Assembly (NCBI GenBank): GCA_004322205.1
Contig: SCSN01000008.1
Coordinates: 18,370 to 82,369, forward strand
Origin: Patescibacteria group bacterium
Lineage (GTDB): Bacteria > Patescibacteriota > Minisyncoccia > Phycocordibacterales > Zambryskibacteraceae
Direction of reading: 5' to 3'
DNA: 64,000 bases
A program made the translations under genes and the position numbers. A model generated the notes under the pieces. That model was not told the DNA's origin and did no database searches. It worked only from the letters and a program-made list of their open reading frames with translations. Positions 10,841-20,537 of this stretch are shown one piece after another (position 1 is the first letter of the stretch; every line of letters begins with the position of its first letter).

Positions 10841-11734
10841 ATGGCAAGTCTTTACAGGCACCAGTCGGCAAACGTTCGCAAGACATGGCTCTTTGTATCC
10901 ATGTTCTTTGTATTTCTCATCCTCCTCGGCTGGGTCTTTAGCCGAGTTTACGGTAATCCGACCATTCTATATTTCTTCGTCTTTTTTTCAGTCATTCTAA
11001 ATATATTTAGCTATTGGTTCTCCGACAGAATTGTTCTTAAACTCCACCGCGCCAAACCGGTCACCCGCCAAGAATATTTTGACCTCTGGAACGCCACCGA
11101 GAATCTCTCTATCACCGCCGGCCTTCCACAGCCCAAGCTCTATGTTATTGACGATCCGGCGCCGAACGCTTTTGCAACCGGCAGAAACAAGGAACACGCC
11201 GTGGTAGCAGTGACAACAGGACTCCTTCGTATTCTTGATAAAACAGAGCTTGAAGGTGTGATTTCCCATGAGCTTTCCCACATCGGAAACCGCGACATGC
11301 TTCTTTCAACGATTGTGGTGGTGCTTGTTGGTTTTGTAACTCTGCTTTCTGATTTTTTCCTGCGCACTGCCCGCTGGGGCGGTGGAAGGAGCAGCCGCGG
11401 CAATCAAATTCAAGTAATTTTTTTGCTGGTCGGAATAATTCTCGCTATCCTCTCGCCTTTGATTGCTACTCTCATCCAGCTTGCCATTTCTCGCAAGCGG
11501 GAATTTCTGGCAGATGCCTCTGGTGCGCTTCTGACCCGCTATCCGGAAGGTCTGGCCAATGCCCTGCGGAAAATTTCTGCCGCCGGCATTTCTATGCGTA
11601 CAGCCAATCACGCCACCGCTCATTTGTTTATTGCCAATCCCTTTGGCCAAACGGCGCGCCTTGTTGGAAAATTCTTTATGACCCACCCTCCAGTAGAGGA
11701 GCGGATAGCGGCTCTGCTCGAATCACAGACGTGA
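10841..11734 (+). CDS. htpX: Zinc metalloprotease HtpX (M48)
   Basis: PNAFATG, HELSH, SRKREFLAD, THPP. Confidence 0.95.
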   Translation: MASLYRHQSANVRKTWLFVSMFFVFLILLGWVFSRVYGNPTILYFFVFFSVILNIFSYWFSDRIVLKLHRAKPVTRQEYFDLWNATENLSITAGLPQPKLYVIDDPAPNAFATGRNKEHAVVAVTTGLLRILDKTELEGVISHELSHIGNRDMLLSTIVVVLVGFVTLLSDFFLRTARWGGGRSSRGNQIQVIFLLVGIILAILSPLIATLIQLAISRKREFLADASGALLTRYPEGLANALRKISAAGISMRTANHATAHLFIANPFGQTARLVGKFFMTHPPVEERIAALLESQT

Positions 11735-12345
11735 GCGATGAACTTAAAAAAGAAAAAGAGACACTCAAAGCGCGAATCACGGAGCTTGAGAGAGAAAATG
11801 AGAGGCTTGAAGCCGATCTTATTCACGACCATCTGACTGGGCTTAAGACACGGAAGTTTTTTGAAGAGGAGCTTGGAATATATCTTGAGACGATTAAGAA
11901 AAGCAGATTGAGCCGCCGGCGCGAATGGTTTGGATTCAGAGTTCTCTCAGTCATCCTTTTTGACGCTGATTATTTCAAGCGTCTCAATGATACCCACGGG
12001 CATCTGGTTGGCGACGAAGCCTTGCAAAAAATTGCCTCTGTCGTTGGAGGAAGTTTGCGGGAAGGTGACACGGCGGCGCGCTGGGGAGGGGAAGAGATTA
12101 TTGCACTTCTGCCGGGAGCAAGTGAGAGAGATGCAGTAAAGAAGGCAGAGGAAATAAGAAGGGAAGTGGAGTTCATTCGTTTGGAAGATGTTTCTGACCT
12201 TAAGCTTTCGGTGAGCGCCGGGGTAGCACAGTCGGAGAGCGGAATTTCAATGGATGAACTTGTCAAACGTACCGATAGAGCTCTATATCATGCCAAGAAA
12301 AGGGGCAGAAACAGAGTCTCCGCGTATTCCGAACTTGGACGTTAA
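11731..12345 (+). CDS. GGDEF-domain protein with short N-terminal coiled coil
   Basis: DHLTGL, DADYFKRLNDTHGHLVGD, REGD I-site, RWGGEEI. Confidence 0.9.
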   Translation: MSDELKKEKETLKARITELERENERLEADLIHDHLTGLKTRKFFEEELGIYLETIKKSRLSRRREWFGFRVLSVILFDADYFKRLNDTHGHLVGDEALQKIASVVGGSLREGDTAARWGGEEIIALLPGASERDAVKKAEEIRREVEFIRLEDVSDLKLSVSAGVAQSESGISMDELVKRTDRALYHAKKRGRNRVSAYSELGR

Positions 12346-12399
12346 GCTGGGAGTTTTTTTGCTGCTGTTTGATGTAAGTTGTTGGTTGTAGCTGTTACT

Positions 12400-12489
12400 G
12401 GAGGCGTCGCATAGCGGTCTAGTGCGGTTGCTTGGAGAGCAACTATGTCCGAAAGGGCATCGTGAGTTCGAATCTCACCGCCTCCGCCA
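12400..12489 (+). tRNA. tRNA-Ser(GGA)
   Basis: GGAGGCG acceptor stem, GTTGC-TTGGAGA-GCAAC anticodon arm, long variable arm, GTTCGAATC, encoded CCA. Confidence 0.96.
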
Positions 12490-12501
12490 GTTAAGAAATC
12501 T

Positions 12502-13230
12502 ATGAGAAAATTTATCAATGCGATTATGAAATGGCTGGGGAGCGCCAAAATACTGTCAGTCCCAAGAGGATATGTAGGAAAAGTTCTGGTTTATTATTAC
12601 TTGGCTAAAAACGGAGTGCTATTTTTTTACGATGATCCGGCAAGCACCCAAGTATTTAATTTAATTAAGCAGATCAAAAAAGAAACGGAAATGATTCTCA
12701 AGGATCATGAGGCTTACCAAATATATAGGACGGTGAGAGAAACTGAAAAAATTAAGGGGGATATTGCTGAAGTCGGTGTGTATAAAGGAGGTTCAGCGAA
12801 ACTTATATGTGAGGCCACGAAGAAACCGGTGCATTTATTTGATACTTTTGAGGGACTGCCGGATTTATGTGAAATTGACAACCCGGAGCAGTTTCGCAAA
12901 GGAGATTATTCCGCCCAGTTTGAAAATGTTAAGAGCTACCTTAAAAAGTATCCGGACGTTTATTTTTACAAAGGACTTTTCCCTTCGACTTCTGAACTCG
13001 TAAAAAATAAAAAATTTTCATTTGTTCATCTTGATGTAGATCTTTATGAATCCACGCTGAATTGCCTAAAATTCTTTTATCCCAAAATAAACAGAGGGGG
13101 TGTTATCATTTCTCACGATTATCTAAAATCGGAGGGGGTTAAGAGAGCGTTTGACAAGTTTTTTAAAGATAAACCGGAGATAATTATTGAACTGCCCGCA
13201 TGTGATCAGTGTCTAGTTGTTAAATTATAA
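12502..13230 (+). CDS. TylF/MycF/NovP-like O-methyltransferase
   Basis: GDIAEVGVYKGGS, FDTFEGLP, VHLDVDLYES, HDY; AT-rich. Confidence 0.9.
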   Translation: MRKFINAIMKWLGSAKILSVPRGYVGKVLVYYYLAKNGVLFFYDDPASTQVFNLIKQIKKETEMILKDHEAYQIYRTVRETEKIKGDIAEVGVYKGGSAKLICEATKKPVHLFDTFEGLPDLCEIDNPEQFRKGDYSAQFENVKSYLKKYPDVYFYKGLFPSTSELVKNKKFSFVHLDVDLYESTLNCLKFFYPKINRGGVIISHDYLKSEGVKRAFDKFFKDKPEIIIELPACDQCLVVKL

Positions 13231-13375
13231 CCAAAGGGCGCGAATTGAGGGAATTTGCCGTCTCATATCGCCAAGACTTCGCAGGGCAATGCAAAGAAAA
13301 ACTCAAGGTCTTCAGACACTGCCTTGGCTTTTGACCTTTTTCTAATGAGGCTGATTCGTTTGGTATAATGAAAAG

Positions 13376-13750
13376 GTGAACGAGGAAGAGCTGAAAAAGA
13401 AACTCTCGCCGGAGGCATACCATGTCTTGCGCCAGGCCGGGACAGAAGTACAGTTTTCGGGAGAGTATGTTCGTACAAAAGAGAGAGGCATGTACCGCTG
13501 TGCCGCATGTGGGGCCCAACTTTTCTCATCCGATGCCAAGTTCAATTCCGGAACGGGTTGGCCGTCGTTTGACGAGGCGCTGCCCGGGGCAGTTGAACTC
13601 CGCGATGACAGCAGCCTCGGTATACGTCGAACTGAAGTTAAATGCAAAAACTGCGGCTCCCACTTGGGACATGTTTTTGACGACGGTCCCAAAGAAACAA
13701 CCGGCAAACGCTACTGCATAAACTCTGTCTGCCTTGATTTGCAAAAATAA
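13376..13750 (+). CDS. msrB: Methionine-R-sulfoxide reductase
   Basis: CAACG, GTGWPSF, HLGHVFDDGP, RYCINS. Confidence 0.96.
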   Translation: MNEEELKKKLSPEAYHVLRQAGTEVQFSGEYVRTKERGMYRCAACGAQLFSSDAKFNSGTGWPSFDEALPGAVELRDDSSLGIRRTEVKCKNCGSHLGHVFDDGPKETTGKRYCINSVCLDLQK

Positions 13751-13754
13751 TCTA

Positions 13755-14363
13755 ATGGCAAAGTATAAAAAATCTATTTTCTTTTTTGTTCTTATTTTAT
13801 TGATTGCCGGCGCGGGATATTTGTTTCGCGGCAGACTTTTCCCGCCGAGCGCAAAATCCGAGCGGCAGCCGCCGCTATCCGAGGCGGCGGCTGGGGAATA
13901 TGAAAGCGAAGCTTTCAGTTTTTCTTTCTCTTATTCTTCGGTACACACTGTTCGGGAGGAGTCTCAATCGAGTGTCGCTCTCGTCAATAAAGAAACCGGC
14001 AGAGAGGAAGCGCGACTCGATGTTATCCTTGAAAGCGGAGATGTCGAGGTGCCCTATGAGCAATTTGTCCTTGACGAATCACGCGCTCTTTGCGAAGCCG
14101 CCGGAGCAAATCTTTCGTGCCGAGAAGTGAAAGATCTCTCATCTATCGTGAATAAAAACGGTTTATCGGCGCAGAAATTTTATCTTGTTCTGGAAGAAAA
14201 ATTAGAAGATTCTGTCACCAGCCGCGAAAAAGGGCCGTTTTACGCTTTTAATTTTTCGGAAAACACTCCCGGGAAAATGAGTTTTATTCTCATTCATCCA
14301 CCTATCGCCAGCCGCGGCTCCGTTGATTTGCTCTCTAAGATCGCGGATTCATTCGCGTTTTAA
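13755..14363 (+). CDS. Hypothetical membrane-anchored protein
   Basis: N-terminal TM; operon-like spacing after msrB. Confidence 0.7.
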   Translation: MAKYKKSIFFFVLILLIAGAGYLFRGRLFPPSAKSERQPPLSEAAAGEYESEAFSFSFSYSSVHTVREESQSSVALVNKETGREEARLDVILESGDVEVPYEQFVLDESRALCEAAGANLSCREVKDLSSIVNKNGLSAQKFYLVLEEKLEDSVTSREKGPFYAFNFSENTPGKMSFILIHPPIASRGSVDLLSKIADSFAF

Positions 14364-14585
14364 TCAGTCAGTTTACTTTGGGTTGACCCTGTAGTGAATT
14401 TGGCAATAATTGTTTGCGCCTACGGCGCATTGCCGAAATCTACTACGGGGTTGACTTTCTTGTGCCGCTGTGTATAATGGGTTTATGTAAGTTCTCCTCG
14501 GGTTTTGGGCGGGGTTGTCTCCGACAGAAAACGTGAGAGAGTGCTCGTCGCTTACATCGAAGCAGCCAAGAGACGAGCCAAGGAT

Positions 14586-14879
14586 ATGGCAGTAAAATTG
14601 TATGTCGGCGGCATCCCGTACTCGAGTACCGATACGGATGTGCGCGACGTGTTTGCCCAAGTCGGCGAAGTTGAGTCAGTGCAAATTGTCACTGACCGCG
14701 CCACTGGCAGATCACGAGGATTCGGGTTTGTGACCATGAAAGAAGATGCTGATGCAGATCGAGCAATCGAGATGTGGAACGGCAAGGACTTCCAGGGACG
14801 CAAACTGACCGTCAACGTCGCTCGCCCCATGGCTCCCCGCGAGGGGTTCCGTGGCGGCTTCCGCGGCCAAGCGGAGTAA
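14586..14879 (+). CDS. RRM-type RNA-binding protein
   Basis: KLYVGGIP (RNP2), RGFGFVTM (RNP1), RGG tail. Confidence 0.93.
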   Translation: MAVKLYVGGIPYSSTDTDVRDVFAQVGEVESVQIVTDRATGRSRGFGFVTMKEDADADRAIEMWNGKDFQGRKLTVNVARPMAPREGFRGGFRGQAE

Positions 14880-14888
14880 TCCGAAGAA

Positions 14889-14928
14889 GAGCCCCCCACA
14901 TGCGTGCATGTGGGGGGCTCTCTTGTTT
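14889..14928 (+). terminator. Intrinsic terminator
   Basis: GAGCCCCCCACATGC/GCATGTGGGGGGCTC hairpin plus T-rich tail. Confidence 0.75.
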
Positions 14929-14940
14929 CTCGAGAAAGAA

Positions 14941-15435
14941 ATGCAACAATCAATTTGGAAAACCATTGAAGTGCTTGTTCTCACCTTTGTTTTGCTCTCT
15001 ATTGCCTTTTCCTTGATTTTTTTCTTGACTCAAATCAAGCCGCCAAAACAAAACCGCGCCGCATTGCTAAATACAGACTTTTCTCGGCCGCTTCGTGTCG
15101 GCTCTGCAGTGGTCTGGGCGGATATTGCCGAAACCGAAAAGGAGAGAGTGCTCGGATTCTCCGGCGTCAGCGACATTTTAGACAATCAGGGGCTTCTCTT
15201 TGTTTTTCCCGAGCCGCGCCCTGTCGGGATTTGGATGAAGAATATGCTTTTCTCCATTGATGTTCTCTGGCTGGACGAAGAGTGGCGGGTGATTCAGATC
15301 GAAACCCGCCTCGTCCCGGAGGGTTTTCCAAAAATCTTTACGGGGGCGACTCCTGCCCGCTATGTTCTTGAGCTAAAGAGCGGTTTTGTCGAGCGTGAGG
15401 GGACATCAGTCGGCGACAGGATCTCGCCATTGTGA
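14941..15435 (+). CDS. DUF192 family protein
   Basis: GLLFVF, IWMKNMLFSIDVLW, YVLELKSG. Confidence 0.88.
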   Translation: MQQSIWKTIEVLVLTFVLLSIAFSLIFFLTQIKPPKQNRAALLNTDFSRPLRVGSAVVWADIAETEKERVLGFSGVSDILDNQGLLFVFPEPRPVGIWMKNMLFSIDVLWLDEEWRVIQIETRLVPEGFPKIFTGATPARYVLELKSGFVEREGTSVGDRISPL

Positions 15436-15535
15436 TTTCTTCCTCAGGGTTCTCCTTCTACTCCGGTATCGCCGGGATTTTGTCTTGTATCGTTTGCGCG
15501 CTATACTATATTCATTACAATTCTTTATCTCTTTG

Positions 15536-16570
15536 ATGAAAACAATTCGAGTTGCGGTGAACGGCGCTGGCAGAATCGGACGAGCATTCATAAAATTGGC
15601 GCAGACGCGCCCCGAGATTGAACTGGTGGCGATCAATGATCTCGGGGATGCTCAAAACATCGCCTATCTAATAAAATACGACTCTGTCTACGGAAAGGCC
15701 CCCTTCGCGGTTTCAGTGCGCCCTGACGGCAAGGCAATTGTGCTCGACGGGCGGGAGATTTTATTTATTGGAGAGAAGGAACTGGCCAAACTTCCTTGGC
15801 GCGATTTGAACGTCGACGTTGTGGTTGAATCCACTGGTCTCTTCGCGAGCTATGAAAAAGCGAAGGTTCATTTGGAGGCGGGAGCAAAAAGAGTGGTTGT
15901 AACCGCCCCCATGAAAGACGATCCCACGCCGGGGATCGAAGGAGCGACAGTTCTTATGGGGGTGAATGATGAAAAGCTCGCCACATGCGCTATCAGCTCG
16001 AACGCTTCGTGTACTACTAATGCAGGGAGTCCCTTGATTGCAATTCTTGATGAAGCGATTGGTATTGAGAAGGCGGTTTTGAATACTGTCCACGGATACA
16101 CAGCCACTCAATCCCTTGTTGATGGTCCTTCTAAGAGGGGATTTCGAGAAGGGAGGGCGGCAGCGCACAACATTGTGCCATCATCCACGGGCGCGGCGAT
16201 TGCAGTAACCAAAGCCTTCACCAAACTTGAAGGGCTTTTTGACGGTGTATCTATGCGTGTGCCGATCATTGCCGGCTCAATTGTTGACGTCACATTCATT
16301 GCAAAAAGAAATACTTCGAAAGAGGAAGTGAACGATATTCTACGCCGTGCCGCAGAGAATCCCCGCTGGAAGGGAATTTTTTCCGTAACAGAAGAGCCGC
16401 TGGTCTCCAGTGATATTTTAGGCAGCTCCTACGGCTCTATTGCCGATCTTGAGTTCACCCGCGTTATCGGTGGCAACTTGGTGAAGGTCTGTGCCTGGTA
16501 CGACAATGAAATGGGATACACTTACACTCTAGTTGAGCATGTGATAAAAACCGGCAGTCATATCATATAG
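15536..16570 (+). CDS. gap: Type I glyceraldehyde-3-phosphate dehydrogenase
   Basis: VNGAGRIGR, SNASCTTN, WYDNEMGY. Confidence 0.96.
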   Translation: MKTIRVAVNGAGRIGRAFIKLAQTRPEIELVAINDLGDAQNIAYLIKYDSVYGKAPFAVSVRPDGKAIVLDGREILFIGEKELAKLPWRDLNVDVVVESTGLFASYEKAKVHLEAGAKRVVVTAPMKDDPTPGIEGATVLMGVNDEKLATCAISSNASCTTNAGSPLIAILDEAIGIEKAVLNTVHGYTATQSLVDGPSKRGFREGRAAAHNIVPSSTGAAIAVTKAFTKLEGLFDGVSMRVPIIAGSIVDVTFIAKRNTSKEEVNDILRRAAENPRWKGIFSVTEEPLVSSDILGSSYGSIADLEFTRVIGGNLVKVCAWYDNEMGYTYTLVEHVIKTGSHII

Positions 16571-16574
16571 TTGA

Positions 16575-16877
16575 ATGGAAAGTTACGATAAATTGGTAAG
16601 AGATAAAATACCGGAAATTCTTGATGAAAAAGGAATTTCCTACGAAAGAAGAGTTGCCTCTCCAGAAGAATATAAGACTGAATTGATAAAAAAGCTCGGG
16701 GAAGAAGTTGCAGAATTTCTACAAGCTGGTAACTCGGAAGAGTTGGCTGACGTGATGGAGGTAGTAGAAGCGTTAAGAAAATTACCTGATTATGCTAGTG
16801 TAGAGCAATTACGTAGAAAAAAACTTGCGGCGCGCGGCGGATTTGAAGGAAGAATTATCTTGAAGGGAAAAAAGTAG
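16575..16877 (+). CDS. MazG/PRA-PH-like nucleoside triphosphate pyrophosphohydrolase
   Basis: KLVRDKIPEI, KLGEEVAEF, EELADVMEV, RGGF. Confidence 0.85.
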   Translation: MESYDKLVRDKIPEILDEKGISYERRVASPEEYKTELIKKLGEEVAEFLQAGNSEELADVMEVVEALRKLPDYASVEQLRRKKLAARGGFEGRIILKGKK

Positions 16878-16937
16878 GGAGCGACAGTGCATAAGTGAAG
16901 TTGTGGGTCGTCGGCTGTTGGTTGTATATTTAATTTC

Positions 16938-17408
16938 ATGAAAATCTTCATTGGCACCGACCATGCCGGCCTTGCTCAGAAGGAAAAGATAATTGAATAT
17001 CTGCGTGAAAACGGCTACGAAGTTATTGATCAAGGTGCACAAGAGTACGACGAAAATGACGACTATCCAGATTATGTTATTCCTGTGGCTCGCGAAGTCT
17101 CCCGCAATCCTCAAGGGGTGAGAGGGATTATTTTGGGTGGCTCGGGACAGGGTGAGGCAATGTGCGCTAATCGTTTTCCGCATGTTCGCGCAGCTCTTTT
17201 CTACGGCTCCCGCATTTCTCTAACTAGCAGTATTACAAACCTGGAAGTCTCACGCCAGCACAATGACGCAAATATTCTCGCTATTGGCTCACGATTTGTG
17301 ACTGACGATGAGGCGGTGCAGGCGGTGAGGGTTTGGCTCGATACGCCGTTCTCGAACGGCGAGCGCCACAAGCGCCGTCTCGGCAAGATAGAGCGCGCGC
17401 ATGAATAG
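16938..17408 (+). CDS. rpiB: Ribose-5-phosphate isomerase B family
   Basis: GTDHAG, DYPDY, GGSGQGE, HNDANIL. Confidence 0.93.
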   Translation: MKIFIGTDHAGLAQKEKIIEYLRENGYEVIDQGAQEYDENDDYPDYVIPVAREVSRNPQGVRGIILGGSGQGEAMCANRFPHVRAALFYGSRISLTSSITNLEVSRQHNDANILAIGSRFVTDDEAVQAVRVWLDTPFSNGERHKRRLGKIERAHE

Positions 17409-17428
17409 ACGTGGAAGTTCTTTAGTTC

Positions 17429-18136
17429 ATGACCGAAGTCATCCCAGCCATAATTCCACGAAGCCTCTCTGATCTCGAGGACAAGCTTTCTCATATCGTC
17501 GGATTGGTGAAATTTGTTCAAGTCGATGTTCTGGATGGCACGCTTGTGCCGGAGCGCTCGTGGCCGTACCTCTCAACGGGAGTTGACCCTGATTTTGTCC
17601 GCATCATTCGCGAAGAAGATGGATTGCCTTTCTGGGAGGAATTTGATTTTGAAGTTGATCTCATGGTGGGGCGGCCGCGAAATGTTCTTGACCAGTGGGT
17701 CACCGCAGGCGCGGTGAGAGTTATTGCCCACTACGAATCATTTTCCTCACCCAAGGAGGCACTTTCGTTTGTGGAGAGTTTTGAAAGTGATTTTGGCAAT
17801 AGAAGCTCGCTTGTCAACACCGAACTTGGCCTAGCGCTCAACATTGAAACCTCAAATGAGGTGCTCGAGCCGCTTATCTCTCACCTCGATGTGGTGGAGT
17901 TTATGGGAATTGGCACAATCGGGCGGCAGGGGGAGCCGTTTGATAGTCGAGTTCTTCGGAAGATTGCCGATTTACGAGCAAAGTTTCCCGATGTTATCAT
18001 AAGTGTTGACGGAGGAGTGAATTTAGAGTCGGCGCCGCGTCTTGTTGAGGCTGGAGCCAGCCGGCTGGTTGCCGGTTCAGTAATTTGGAAGAGTGAAAAT
18101 CCGCAAGAGACGATTATTGAACTTCAAAATCTATGA
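17429..18136 (+). CDS. rpe: Ribulose-phosphate 3-epimerase
   Basis: VQVDVLDG, EVDLMV, ISVDGGVN. Confidence 0.88.
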   Translation: MTEVIPAIIPRSLSDLEDKLSHIVGLVKFVQVDVLDGTLVPERSWPYLSTGVDPDFVRIIREEDGLPFWEEFDFEVDLMVGRPRNVLDQWVTAGAVRVIAHYESFSSPKEALSFVESFESDFGNRSSLVNTELGLALNIETSNEVLEPLISHLDVVEFMGIGTIGRQGEPFDSRVLRKIADLRAKFPDVIISVDGGVNLESAPRLVEAGASRLVAGSVIWKSENPQETIIELQNL

Positions 18137-19035
18137 ATGCTCTTACTGACAAACAGATCAAGGACCTGGAGGTCAAGGCTAATGCCATTCGCCTCTCCAT
18201 TATTGAAATGCTTCTTGAGGCACGCTCCGGTCATAGCGCCGGTCCTCTTGGCATGGCGGATATTTTCACCTATCTCTATTTTGTCGCACTCAAGCACGAT
18301 CCAAAAAATCCTGATTGGCCCGAGCGCGACCGGCTTGTGCTCTCTAACGGTCACATCTGCCCGGTGCTCTACGCCGCAATGGCGCATACCGGCTATTTTC
18401 CGCTGGAAGAATTAAAGACCTTGCGCAAGCTGGGGACTCGGCTACAAGGTCATCCGCACAGAGAGTATTTGCCCATGCTTGAGACAAGTTCTGGCCCTCT
18501 TGGAGCGGGTCTATCGCAGGCAGTGGGAATGGCAATAGCTGACATTATGGATAATGGCATTGATACTAAACGCACTATCTATGCACTTATGAGTGACGCC
18601 GAACAAGCCGCCGGCAACACTTACGAGGCGGCTTTGCTTGCCGGAAAACTCAAACTCCGCAACCTCATCGCTATTATTGACCGCAATAACATTCAGATTG
18701 ATGGCTTTACCGAGGACGTCATACCCTTAGAACCCCTTGCGGACAAATGGAGGGCGCGCAACTGGCATGTCATTGAAATTGACGGGCATAATTTCGCCGA
18801 TATCCACGAGGCAGTCAATCGGGCCAAGGCCGTGTTTGAAAAGCCGTCAGTAATTATTGCCCACACAATTCCGGGCAAGGGAGTGGGTTATATGGAGCGC
18901 GATTTCAAATGGCACGGCGTCCCGCCGGGAATCCAAGATATGCCCGGCGAGCCGCCCAAAGCGGAGCAAGGCAAAATTGCACTAGATGAGCTGCGTTCTC
19001 TCGGCGGTAGGATAAGCGGATACCATAATGATTAA
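18133..19035 (+). CDS. Transketolase N-terminal subunit
   Basis: SGHSAG, DRLVLSNGH, LQGHP, IDRNNIQIDG. Confidence 0.94.
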   Translation: MNALTDKQIKDLEVKANAIRLSIIEMLLEARSGHSAGPLGMADIFTYLYFVALKHDPKNPDWPERDRLVLSNGHICPVLYAAMAHTGYFPLEELKTLRKLGTRLQGHPHREYLPMLETSSGPLGAGLSQAVGMAIADIMDNGIDTKRTIYALMSDAEQAAGNTYEAALLAGKLKLRNLIAIIDRNNIQIDGFTEDVIPLEPLADKWRARNWHVIEIDGHNFADIHEAVNRAKAVFEKPSVIIAHTIPGKGVGYMERDFKWHGVPPGIQDMPGEPPKAEQGKIALDELRSLGGRISGYHND

Positions 19036-20068
19036 TGCAAGTGTAAAGCTGAATCCAAAACTGTTTTCTGCCCAAAGCGGACCAGCCTCGGGCTGGGATG
19101 ATGATGTCGAGCAAGTTCCTATTCGCAAGGGATTTGGCGAAGGTTTGGTTATTGCAGGAGAACAAAATGAAAATGTTGTTGGACTTTGCGCGGACCTTAC
19201 TGAGTCTACGCAAATGCATTTATTCAAAAATAAATTTCCAGAGCGGTTTGTTGAAATCGGAGTGGCGGAGCAGAATTTGGCGGGAGTGGCGAGCGGCATG
19301 GCGGCAATGGGTAAAATTCCCTTCATATCTTCCTATGCGATGTTTAGTCCCGGCCGCAACTGGGAGCAGATTAGAACCACTATTTGCTACAACGACCGGC
19401 CGGTAAAAATCGCCGGCTCCCATGCGGGAATTTCTGTCGGTCCGGACGGCGGCACTCATCAGGCAATTGAGGATATTGCTATTACCCGCGTTATGCCGCG
19501 CATGGTGGCGCTTTCTCCCTGCGATGCTATTGAAGCCAAGAAAGCGACAATTGCCGCCGCAAAAACAAATACACCTGTCTATATCCGCCTTGCCCGAGAA
19601 AAAACGCCAGTTATTACAACCGAAGAGACTCCGTTTGAAATAGGCAAAGCTCAAATTTTCTGGGACTCTTCACTTGGCGACCGAACCGCCAAGTGCGAGG
19701 CAGGGGTTATTGCAACCGGCGCACTTTTATACAAAGCGCTTCTGGCGGCGAAGCAACTTGAAAAAGAGGGTATTAGAGTAAAGGTCATGAATCTTTCCAC
19801 CGTTAAACCCCTTGATGAAAAAGCGATTTTGAATTTAGCTAGAGAAACCGGAGCAATTGTTACTGTTGAAGAGCATCAAATTTCCGGCGGGATGGGTTCG
19901 GCAGTGACAGAGTGCTTGGCAGTGAATTACCCCGTGCCGCAGGAATTTGTTGGAGTCAGAGATCAGTTCGGACAATCCGGAACTCAAGAAGAACTCGTTG
20001 AACATTACGGAATGGGAGAAAGTCATATCAAAGAAGCAGTCAAAAAAGTCATAAGTCGAAAGTCTTAA
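19028..20068 (+). CDS. Transketolase C-terminal subunit
   Basis: GVAEQN, GPDGGTHQAIED, VEEHQISGG. Confidence 0.94.
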   Translation: MINASVKLNPKLFSAQSGPASGWDDDVEQVPIRKGFGEGLVIAGEQNENVVGLCADLTESTQMHLFKNKFPERFVEIGVAEQNLAGVASGMAAMGKIPFISSYAMFSPGRNWEQIRTTICYNDRPVKIAGSHAGISVGPDGGTHQAIEDIAITRVMPRMVALSPCDAIEAKKATIAAAKTNTPVYIRLAREKTPVITTEETPFEIGKAQIFWDSSLGDRTAKCEAGVIATGALLYKALLAAKQLEKEGIRVKVMNLSTVKPLDEKAILNLARETGAIVTVEEHQISGGMGSAVTECLAVNYPVPQEFVGVRDQFGQSGTQEELVEHYGMGESHIKEAVKKVISRKS

Positions 20069-20130
20069 AAATCAAACCACAACATCTTAACATTCTGCAG
20101 AATATTAGAATGTTGTGATTGTACTTACAC

Positions 20131-20535
20131 ATGAAAACTCCTTATGTATTGGTGGTTTTGACGATTGCGGCGCTCGTTGCCCTAAGTATTTTTCTCTTTG
20201 TCTATGATGTTGGTCTTGCCAGTGAGTCGTTTGCCAAGAGAGTTTTTTACAAAGCCTTGTTTAACTATGAAAGCGGAGATTGCGAAATCTTTGAAAAACT
20301 TATTCTCAACAAAAATCTTGTCACTAATTGTCTGCGCCGCAAGGAATCAGTTCAGAAACCCCTGCAGGAGCAGTTCGTATTTGGGGAAAACCTCTCTGTT
20401 CTTTCGGTTACCGATGACCGGGCGGAGATGGAAGCCGATTTTATTGACAACCGTGGAGCAAGTACTTCTCACGCCCGTTACGTTCTTGAGAGAGTTGAGG
20501 GAAGATGGTATGTGGCTGATATTGCTGAATATTGA
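20131..20535 (+). CDS. Hypothetical membrane-anchored protein (possibly NTF2-like)
   Basis: N-terminal TM; C-terminal LERVEGRWYV pattern. Confidence 0.65.
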   Translation: MKTPYVLVVLTIAALVALSIFLFVYDVGLASESFAKRVFYKALFNYESGDCEIFEKLILNKNLVTNCLRRKESVQKPLQEQFVFGENLSVLSVTDDRAEMEADFIDNRGASTSHARYVLERVEGRWYVADIAEY

Positions 20536-20537
20536 GA

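Noticed and set aside
12342-12548. 68-aa minus-strand ORF (GGGEIRTH...)
   Set aside because: Antisense shadow of tRNA-Ser.
13230-13330. attR duplicate of the tRNA-Ser 3' end
   Set aside because: No convincing copy of the tRNA 3' sequence and no integrase.
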